A DNA stretch of 64,000 nt from Neocallimastix sp. 'constans'. Lineage: Eukaryota. The position numbers and the translations under genes are program-made. A model generated the notes under the pieces. It ran no database searches and had not been told where the DNA came from. It saw only the letters and a list, made by a program, of their open reading frames with translations. Positions 54,488 through 64,000 of the stretch are shown here, piece after piece (position 1 is the first letter of the stretch; each line of letters starts with the position of its first letter). The stretch lies in NCBI GenBank assembly GCA_050613775.1, contig JBODTK010000113.1, positions 310,001 to 374,000 on the forward strand. Reading direction: 5' to 3'.

Positions 54488-55248
54488 TTTTTTAAATATA
54501 TTGTGTTACAATTAGACATGAATCATAAATTATTATTATAATGGAGATTTATTTTTCCATTTTCGATTTAATTTATTGATAATATACTTTATTAAATATA
54601 AATATTATTAATGACATATTTAATTGTTCTATTAATTGCTTCATTTATTAAACTTAATATATATATATCATATTAAAATATAAAAATAATTATTTGGTTC
54701 ATATTTAAGAATAATATAAATAATATTTAAATTATTAATGCTTATATAAAAAAAAATATATATATATATATAAATCTTTTAAAGAAGTTGTTTTGAATTA
54801 GTATTTATTTAAAACTTTATAAAAGATATAATTTATGTTATATTTATTCATTAAAGACAAAGATATATTTAAAACAACACTTCAACAACACAATATATAC
54901 ATAATAATAATTTTTTATTATTTTTATTATTTCTATTTTTTTATTTATTTTATTTTATTTTATTTATCTTTTAAAAATTCATAAAACCAAAAAAAAAATT
55001 TAATAACCAATTTTTATTTTATTAAAAAAAATTTTTTACTTATTATTTAATAATTCATTTTAAGCATATTATTTATAAAAAAGAAAAAGAAAAAAAAATA
55101 ATAATCAAAATAATTAAAAAAAACTATGACGTAAATAATATATATATTATAAAATATCTTTATAATAAAAATATTTTTGAGATATTTCTTCATTAAAGAT
55201 AAAGATTTAAATAAATACTCATTCGAAACAATTTTTTGGAAATATATA

Positions 55249-55290
<42 letters not shown>

Positions 55291-56449
55291 TAATATATTA
55301 CTTTTAAGTTATTGTTATTTATATGTTAAAATTTCCTTGGGTTATTTATTTTAAAATATTATTTTCTTCTTATTTTTTAGAAATTAAATGACTTTTAAGA
55401 ATTTTAATATGAAAAATAAAAAAACATAATGAAATAAAAATATCCACAAGGAAAAAATATATATATATATTATATATTAAATATATACCCATTTATATTT
55501 ATTTACTTATATTTAATCAAAATATTTATTTTTTCCTTTTATTTTCCTTTTTTTTTTTTTTTTTATTTTATTTATTCTGTTTTTAATGAAAGGCTAAATT
55601 GATAAAAGTAAGATAATTTAATATTTATATAATTTTAAAATCCATTCTACTTTATTTAAAAGATTAGAATTATTATAAAAAATAAAAATTAGAGAGATAG
55701 TTAATTTTGAATAAATGATATTTTTTTAAAATTATTTTTCTATTGGTAAATTTAAATTAATATATTATTGTGTATAATATAATACATTATTAATAAGCAT
55801 ATATTAATTATGGAAACTTTAATTTTTAAAAATATGAATTTTTTAATTAATAATAATTATGAAAACGTGAATTAAAACTTTAATTATTATTATTATTATA
55901 ATTCTATCGTTTTTTTTTTTTTTTTTTAATTAAAAATTTAAAATATTTGTTTAATATAAATAAAATATATATACCTTTATAACTTAATAATATGAAACTC
56001 CTTTCTATATGCTTAATAATCACAAACAATAATATAATATGTTTCTAGATTTACCAATTTTATATTATATAGAATATTAATTAATAAATGATTTTTTATT
56101 AATAATTTATTTCATATAAATTTTAGATTTATATTAAATTTTTTTTATATTAATGACAAAAAATGTATATAAAGAACCTATTAATCTCTTTATTTTTAAT
56201 TCTCTAATTATAAAAATAATTTTATAATTTGACCTTTTGACTAGGGGAAAAAGTCTTTGATACATATAAATATATATTTAAATATATATAGAGAGATTTA
56301 TAGATATCATTTTTATTATTAGTATTAATAAATATTGATTATTTATAATATTACCAATATTAAAAATAAATTTAATAAATTAAAAGTTTTAATTTAATAT
56401 ATATATATAAAAAAAAAAAAAATTATTATTTAAGTATTTAAAAAAAAAA

Positions 56450-58405
56450 ATGAAGTCTCTTACTATTTTCGCTACTTTATTAGCTGTTTCTGCTGCTAAG
56501 AAATGTGTTGTTAAGGCTCCAGCTGATGCTGCTGCTGCTGATGTTGCTTCTGAAGCTGAAAATGATACCGCTGTGGTTTCTGATGATGAAACTAAGCCAA
56601 TTGATGATGATGAAGATTCAAGTGATGAACAAGAAAAGAAAGGAAAACTTCCTTCTGATTTCAAATGGGGTGCTGCTACTGCTGCTTACCAAGTTGAAGG
56701 TGCCTGGAATGTAGATGGTCGTGGTGAATCTGTTTGGGATCACTTCACTCACCTCTACCCAAAGAATGTTGAATCTGGTGACAGATCTAACAAAGATTCT
56801 ACTAACGGTAATGTTGCTTGTGATTCCTACCACAAGTTTGATGAAGATATCAAGATGATGAAGATCATGAATGCTAATCACTACCGTTTCTCTATCTCTT
56901 GGTCTCGTCTTTTCCCAGAAGGTGAAGCTAAGAAGGTTAATGGTAAATGGAAAGTTAACGAAAAGGGTGTTGAATACTATGATATGGTTATTAACACTCT
57001 TCTTGAAAACAACATTACTCCTCTCGCTACTCTTTACCATTGGGATATGCCATACGCTCTTCATAAGAAATATGGTGGTTGGTTAGATTACCGTTCCCAA
57101 TTCGATTTCGCCAACTATGCCGAATTCTGTTTCGAACATTTCGGTGATCGTGTTAAGGGATGGATTACCATCAACGAACCATGGGTTAACTGTGTTGCCG
57201 GTTACAAGAATGGACCAGGTAAAGCTCCATACAGATGTACTGGTGAAGCTCCACGTAAGCTTGCCAATGATACCACTGGTCTTGATTTAGAAGGAGGTTG
57301 TTCCTATGAAATTGGTCCAACCAAGTACACTAAGGATTCTGAAGAACTTCCAGCTGATCGTCCACCACAAAAGTTAGAAGATGTCTGGTGTTCTCACAAC
57401 ATTCTTCTTGGTCACGCTCAAGCTGTCAAGGTTTACCGTGAAAAATTCCAAAAGAAACAAAAGGGTCTCATTGGTATTACCATTGATGGTGAAGCTCAAA
57501 TTCCATATGAAGAAGCCGGTATGAGTGAAGAAGAATATGAAAACAACAAGAAGTACGCTAACTTAGCCGCCGAATTCCGTATTGGTTGGTACTCCGATCC
57601 AGTTATGTTTGGTGATTACCCAGAATCAGTCAAACAAAGAAATGGTAAGGATTTACCAGAATTCACTGCTGAAGAAAAGAAATTATTAAAGGGATCCTCT
57701 TCAGACTTCTTAGGTTGGAACACTTACACTTCTCACTGGGCTGCTCAAGTTAAGAATGAAGATGGTACTTACGTCGAGCCACCAAGTGATGAAGAAGCTA
57801 GCTACGATAACTCTAAGAGAGATATGTGGGATGATAACTGTAAGGGACGTGGAGATGGATGGACTTGTATTCCACCAACTCTTGGTTCTCAAGCTGGTTC
57901 ATCCTGGAACACCAAGTATGGTCCAACTATTCGTGTTGGTCTTAACTGGTTCTCTAAGCGTTATGAAGGTCTCATCAAGAATGGTATCATCATTACCGAA
58001 AACGGTTGTGCTCAACCAAACTACAAGGTTAGCCGTGCCAATGATAAGGTTACTCTTGATTATTGGAAATCTATTGGTAAGGAAGAATATGCTGATACCT
58101 ATGATGAAGATATTATTGAAGATGAAAAGGATCTTGATGGTACCCTCATTCACGATACTTACCGTATTGACTGGTACAAACAATACCTTGAAAATCTTCG
58201 TCTTGCTTATGTCGAAGATGGTGTTGATGTCCGTGGTTACATGGCCTGGTCTTTACTTGATAACTTTGAATGGGAAAATGGATATGAAACTCGTTTCGGT
58301 ATGACCTACATTGACTTCTACAATGATAAGGAATTAAAGCGTGTTCCAAAAGATTCTCTTACCTACCTTGGTCAATGGTACTTAGAAAACGTTGAACAAG
58401 AATAA
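56450..58405 (+). CDS. Secreted GH1 beta-glucosidase, copy 4, 651 aa
   Basis: Same motifs; intact. Confidence 0.97.
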   Translation: MKSLTIFATLLAVSAAKKCVVKAPADAAAADVASEAENDTAVVSDDETKPIDDDEDSSDEQEKKGKLPSDFKWGAATAAYQVEGAWNVDGRGESVWDHFTHLYPKNVESGDRSNKDSTNGNVACDSYHKFDEDIKMMKIMNANHYRFSISWSRLFPEGEAKKVNGKWKVNEKGVEYYDMVINTLLENNITPLATLYHWDMPYALHKKYGGWLDYRSQFDFANYAEFCFEHFGDRVKGWITINEPWVNCVAGYKNGPGKAPYRCTGEAPRKLANDTTGLDLEGGCSYEIGPTKYTKDSEELPADRPPQKLEDVWCSHNILLGHAQAVKVYREKFQKKQKGLIGITIDGEAQIPYEEAGMSEEEYENNKKYANLAAEFRIGWYSDPVMFGDYPESVKQRNGKDLPEFTAEEKKLLKGSSSDFLGWNTYTSHWAAQVKNEDGTYVEPPSDEEASYDNSKRDMWDDNCKGRGDGWTCIPPTLGSQAGSSWNTKYGPTIRVGLNWFSKRYEGLIKNGIIITENGCAQPNYKVSRANDKVTLDYWKSIGKEEYADTYDEDIIEDEKDLDGTLIHDTYRIDWYKQYLENLRLAYVEDGVDVRGYMAWSLLDNFEWENGYETRFGMTYIDFYNDKELKRVPKDSLTYLGQWYLENVEQE

Positions 58406-59696
58406 ATTTGAATAAAAAATAGAATAAAATTAATTCGCTCTAAAAGCGCTAAATGTTTAATATATAGAAAACTAATATAAATAGAAAATTAATGCTTACA
58501 ATCGCAAATCATATATAAAGTATTCTTAAAAATCAAAATGATATATATAAAATAGAAAAAAATAAAGATCATTTGAAGCATGATTTTTAATGTAAATTTT
58601 TTAAATAAAATAAAAAAAAATAAAAAAAGATAATAAAAATAAAAATTAAAAATTATTTTAATAATTAATATTTTTTTTATTATGTTTATTTATTTTATTA
58701 TGTTTGATGTATTGTGTTTATGGTAGAGCAATTAAAAATAAGTGATGTGGTTTTTAATAAGTGATGATTATTACATAAAATATAATTTTTAAATAAAAAA
58801 TGAAAAATGTGTTTGAGTTAACATGTTAATTATTAATTATAAATGAGTTAATTTTTTAAAATAAAATATGAAATTTTAATTTTCATATGATATTTTTAAT
58901 ATAAAGGATCAAATTATTAATAATAGTTAAAAAAAATAAACATTTAGTAAAAAAAAATGAATATTTTATATTTTTATTTAATTATTATTTTTTTTTAATT
59001 AATACCTCTAAAATAAAAATTTAACGAATATTAAACCAGACGTAATAATAATTTCAAATTAAAAAATAAGTAATATCTATTATTTATTTAATAATAAAAA
59101 TATTTAAGTATTTATAAAAAAAATTTTTTTTAATACACAAAAAAGATATTATTTTAATAATTAAAAAAAAATTTATATGATTATGTAAAAGACGCATTAT
59201 AAAATAATAAATATTAAATTATAATAAATAAATAAATAAATAAAAAGAACATAAATAAATAATTTTGAATGAATAAATGCTAAAATAATATATGATAATT
59301 ATTATGATTATAATAACAAAATATGACAATACTAAAATACCATATTTTTTTTATTAATATGTTTAATCTGTTTCTGCTTAAGATTTTTTAAAAACGATCC
59401 ACTTATTAAGAATGAATGAAACTTTAGCTTTGCTAAAGTATACATAATAATTGTTTTTATTTATGATAAATAAATAAATTAATAAGTTAGTATTTAATTT
59501 AATAAAATATAAATAATGAAACATACATACATACATTATATATATAATGTATGTATGTATGTTTCATATATTTTATTAGTTGAATTGTTTATCATTTTTG
59601 CTAATTATTATAAAATTTATTATATCAAATATTTATTAATAATTTTAATGGTTTAAAATTAAGAGAAAAAAAAATATACTTAATAAGGATCGCAAT

Positions 59697-59771
59697 GCCA
59701 TGTTGGTCCAGTCGGTTAGGACGATACAGGTCACTGTAGAGGGCGGGGTTCGAATCCTCGGCATGGCACCA
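59697..59771 (+). tRNA. tRNA-like SINE head (pseudo-tRNA with an Asp-like GTC loop and encoded CCA)
   Basis: Acceptor GCCATGT/GCATGGC, D-arm GTCC-AGTCGGTTA-GGAC, T-arm CGGGG-TTCGAAT-CCTCG, then A-CCA. The anticodon arm is non-canonical (TACAG-GTCA-CTGTA). Pol III A and B boxes are intact. Confidence 0.75.
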
Positions 59772-60137
59772 AATAATCGGATGAGGTTTCTATCCTGGGA
59801 TATCATGAGACCACACGTGATGTTCATAAGACTTTCCCTCAGATGATTATTTCACCCAACCCTGATACTACGCTTTGAATTGAAGCATAGACCTTGATGA
59901 TTGTAAAATTTCCAATCGCCAATGATTACACCCACTAGGGAGGAGTTAATGGTTCCGTTCTGATGCTCGTGGTCATTAGAGATATATGTAGGAACGTTAG
60001 GAATGCATCTCCGGGCAGTGTGTAACGACGATTGAGAGCGGCGAAGCTGATACAGTATGCCAATAACTCATCACCTTACAGTTAATTAATAACTGTATGG
60101 CCATATGGGAGATGGGTACCCATATGTGCAAGTCTAT

Positions 60138-60166
<29 letters not shown>
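59697..60166 (+). mobile_element. tRNA-derived SINE-like insertion, 470 bp, poly(T) tail, 15-bp TSD
   Basis: TSD AATAAGGATCGCAAT at 59682-59696 and 60167-60181, a tRNA-like head, a GC-rich body and a T28 tail at 60139-60166. Confidence 0.88.
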
Positions 60167-60170
<4 letters not shown>

Positions 60171-60722
60171 AGGATCGCAATAATAAACCATGCCTTTTAA
60201 CATAAATAAATTTTTTAATATATATATTTATAGTATCAATAATTATAAATATATATTTATGGGTCTTTTTCCATTATAATAAATATTTTATATTTTTCAT
60301 TAGAGTCAATTTTTTAGAAACATTTCTTTTTTTAAAATGTACACTATTTTTTCAAGATATTTACACTTTTTTTTCAAGATATTTAAAGTAGTTTAATTTA
60401 CTATTTTTTTTTTAATTTATTTCAAGATATTTAAAGTAGTTTAATTTATTATTTTTTTTTTAATTTATATATTTTTATTTTAATTTTTATTTATATTATA
60501 TATTTTGTACATATTATTTATATTAAATTTATGTTTTTTTTATACATATATTATAACGATGAAAATTTTATTTAATATTACATATTAAATGATTATTAAT
60601 TATTTTTAAATGAAAATATTATTAAATTATTTTATTTTATTTTATTTTATTATTTTTTTTATTTTTTTTTCTATGTTATCATTATTAAATATTTATTTCT
60701 TGAATTTACTATAATCATTAAT

Positions 60723-62678
60723 TTATTCTTGTTCAACGTTTTCTAAGTACCATTGACCAAGGTAGGTAAGAGAATCTTTTGGAACACGCTTTAATTCTTT
60801 GTCATTGTAGAAGTCAATGTAGGTCATACCGAAACGAGTTTCATATCCATTTTCCCATTCGAAGTTATCAAGTAAAGACCAGGCCATGTAACCACGGACA
60901 TCAACACCATCTTCGACATAAGCAAGACGAAGATTTTCAAGGTATTGTTTGTACCAGTCAATACGGTAAGTATCGTGAATAAGAGTACCATCAAGATCCT
61001 TTTCATCTTCAATAATATCTTCATCATAGGTATCAGCATATTCTTCCTTACCAATAGATTTCCAGTAATCAAGAGTAACCTTATCATTGGCACGGCTAAC
61101 CTTGTAGTTTGGTTGAGCACAACCATTTTCGGTAATGATGATACCATTCTTAATGAGACCTTCATAACGCTTAGAGAACCAGTTAAGACCAACACGAATA
61201 GTTGGACCATACTTGGTGTTCCAGGATGAACCAGCTTGAGAACCAAGAGTTGGTGGAATACAAGTCCATCCATCTCCACGTCCCTTACAGTTATCATCCC
61301 ACATATCTCTCTTAGAGTTATCGTAGCTAGCTTCTTCATCACTTGGTGGTTCAACATAACTACCATCTTCATTCTTAACTTGAGCAGCCCAGTGAGAAGT
61401 GTAAGTGTTCCAACCTAAGAAATCTGAAGAGGATCCCTTTAATAATTTCTTTTCTTCAGCAGTGAATTCTGGTAAATCCTTACCATTTCTTTGTTTGACT
61501 GATTCTGGGTAATCACCAAATATAACTGGATCGGAGTACCAACCAATACGGAATTCGGCGGCTAAGTTAGCGTACTTCTTGTTGTTTTCATATTCTTCTT
61601 CACTCATACCGGCTTCTTCATATGGAATTTGAGCTTCACCATCAATGGTAATACCAATGAGACCCTTTTGTTTCTTTTGGAATTTTTCACGGTAAACCTT
61701 GACAGCTTGAGCGTGACCAAGAAGAATGTTGTGAGAACACCAGACATCTTCTAACTTTTGTGGTGGACGATCAGCTGGAAGTTCTTCAGAATCCTTAGTG
61801 TACTTGGTTGGACCAATTTCATAGGAACAACCTCCTTCTAAATCAAGACCAGTGGTGTCATTGGCAAGCTTACGTGGAGCTTCACCAGTACATCTGTATG
61901 GAGCTTTACCTGGTCCATTCTTGTAACCGGCAACACAGTTAACCCATGGTTCATTAATGGTAATCCATCCCTTAACACGATCACCAAAGTGTTCGAAACA
62001 GAATTCGGCATAGTTGGCGAAATCGAATTGAGAACGATAATCTAACCAACCACCATATTTCTTATGAAGAGCGTATGGCATATCCCAGTGGTAAAGAGTA
62101 GCGAGAGGAGTAATGTTGTTTTCGAGAAGAGTATCAATAACCATATCATAGTATTCAACACCCTTTTCGTTAACTTTCCATTTACCATTAACCTTCTTAG
62201 CTTCACCTTCTGGGAAAAGACGAGACCAAGAGATAGAGAAACGGTAGTGATTAGCATTCATGATCTTCATCATCTTGATATCTTCATCAAACTTGTGATA
62301 GGAATCACAAGCAACATTACCGTTAGTAGAATCTTTGTTAGATCTGTCACCAGATTCAACATTCTTTGGGTAGAGGTGAGTGAAGTGATCCCAAACGGAT
62401 TCACCACGACCATCTACATTCCAGGCACCTTCAACTTGGTAAGCAGCAGTAGCAGCACCCCATTTGAAATCAGAAGGAAGTTTTCCCTTCTTTTCTGGTT
62501 CATCACTGGAGTCTTCAGCATCATCGATTGGCTTAGTTTCATCATCAGAAACCACAGCGGTATCGTTTTCAGCTTCAGAAGCAACATCAGCAGCAGCGGC
62601 ATCAGCTGGAGCTTTAACGACACATTTCTTAGCAGCAGAAACAGCTAATAAAGTAGCGAAAATAGTAAGAGTCTTCAT
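60723..62678 (-). CDS. Secreted GH1 beta-glucosidase, copy 5, 651 aa
   Basis: Same motifs; intact and convergent with copy 4. Confidence 0.97.
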   Translation of the reverse strand: MKTLTIFATLLAVSAAKKCVVKAPADAAAADVASEAENDTAVVSDDETKPIDDAEDSSDEPEKKGKLPSDFKWGAATAAYQVEGAWNVDGRGESVWDHFTHLYPKNVESGDRSNKDSTNGNVACDSYHKFDEDIKMMKIMNANHYRFSISWSRLFPEGEAKKVNGKWKVNEKGVEYYDMVIDTLLENNITPLATLYHWDMPYALHKKYGGWLDYRSQFDFANYAEFCFEHFGDRVKGWITINEPWVNCVAGYKNGPGKAPYRCTGEAPRKLANDTTGLDLEGGCSYEIGPTKYTKDSEELPADRPPQKLEDVWCSHNILLGHAQAVKVYREKFQKKQKGLIGITIDGEAQIPYEEAGMSEEEYENNKKYANLAAEFRIGWYSDPVIFGDYPESVKQRNGKDLPEFTAEEKKLLKGSSSDFLGWNTYTSHWAAQVKNEDGSYVEPPSDEEASYDNSKRDMWDDNCKGRGDGWTCIPPTLGSQAGSSWNTKYGPTIRVGLNWFSKRYEGLIKNGIIITENGCAQPNYKVSRANDKVTLDYWKSIGKEEYADTYDEDIIEDEKDLDGTLIHDTYRIDWYKQYLENLRLAYVEDGVDVRGYMAWSLLDNFEWENGYETRFGMTYIDFYNDKELKRVPKDSLTYLGQWYLENVEQE

Positions 62679-63496
62679 TATTCAGTTATTTTTTATTTCT
62701 TTAAAAACTTTCTATTGAATTTTATCTTAATTTATATTTAATTTATATTTATTTCTATTATATTATATATTTAATAAAAAAAATTTTAATTTTTTTGTTT
62801 TTGTTTATCTATTATATTAATTAATAAGTATACTTAAATTAAAATAAACAAATATTTTTTAAATTATTATTTAATTTAAATAAATTTAAAAATAAATAAA
62901 AAAAAAAAAAAATGTGAGAAAAATAAAAAATATTTATATATAAAAAATTTTTATAATAATTATTATGGAACTAATATATCCTATATTAATAATAATACTA
63001 ATACCAGGATAATAATAGTTATAATATTAAATGTTAAACAATAATACTCTATTATTTAGGTGAATATAATTTAAAGATAAAATTCCATAAATTTAAAAAT
63101 TAATTTTTTTTTTACCATTTTTAATTTTGAATTGTATTCAATTAAATTAAAAGAAAATCATTTGTTAAACTTAATTTAAATATTTTAAATATATAATACT
63201 AATTAAAATAAAAATAAAAAAAAAATCTTTTAATTTATAGAAATTAAAAAATTTGAAAATTTAAAATAATAATTTGAAATATTTGAAACAGAAATGACTT
63301 TTATTAATTAATCCTTTAAAAATACATTTATAAATAAATATTTCTTTACATATTATTAATTATTATTATTAGTATTAGTATTAGTATTTTACATAATTAT
63401 TATTATTTTTTTTTATTTATATTGTTTCATCTTCATTAAAATATCTTCATTAAATTATAAAAATCTTAATATTTATTAATTATAGCACTTATTTTT

Positions 63497-63536
<40 letters not shown>

Positions 63537-64000
63537 AATAAATAAATAAATAAATATAAAATATAAATAATTTTAAATAAAAAAATTTTTTTTTTATCAA
63601 AATTTTTCATTACTCTAATTTCTTTCAATGCTTTGAAATATTAATTATATATTAATTTTTCTATTAAAAAGTTTATATTTAATATTTTAAAATTAATAAT
63701 TAAATATTATCTTTCGTTTTAATTTTTTCTTTTAAATAGATAAATAAATAAATAACTATAAAAATATTTAAATTAATAGATGAATAAATAACTAAAGTTT
63801 AAATTTATATTATTTATTAAATAGAAGATATAACTTTATTATAGATTTTTGCTTTAAGCTATGAATTATAGTTAATTGCTTTATTTTTAGTGTATCAATA
63901 ATTTACTTAATTTATTTTATTTTATTTTATTTTTCTTTTTTTTTATTTTAAAATTATATATTTGAATTAAATATTTTGGTTTTGAGAAAAAAATCTTTTA

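Noticed and set aside
59697..59771. Functional tRNA-Asp gene
   Set aside because: The anticodon loop is not 7 nt and lacks U33, CCA is encoded, no terminator follows, and it is the head of a TSD-flanked insertion.

Overview
Extremely AT-rich eukaryotic DNA with long homopolymer and microsatellite intergenic tracts. Gene content and style point to an anaerobic gut fungus (Neocallimastigomycota); this is an inference from the Cel1A/BglA-type GH1 genes, the AT content and an A-rich intron 3' end. The window holds five near-identical, intronless, secreted GH1 beta-glucosidase genes plus two GH1 fragments, and two intact plus one partial bacterial-type aldo-keto reductase genes. It also has a two-exon secreted phospholipase A2-like gene and a Cys-rich single-pass membrane protein gene. 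The retroelements are: (i) a 7.0 kb Ty3/Gypsy-type element with apparently identical 712-bp LTRs, a tRNA-Ala-type PBS, a strongly structured 5'-leader RNA, intact gag, a U-UUA-AAC slippery site with an H-type pseudoknot, and a pol ORF that stays open although the RT core, most of RNase H and the integrase core are missing; (ii) a decayed Copia pol fused in frame to a GH1 3' end; (iii) decayed LINE pieces (APE endonuclease and C-terminal zinc knuckle); and (iv) a tRNA-headed, poly(T)-tailed SINE-like insertion with a 15-bp target-site duplication. All alignments and folds were done by eye.
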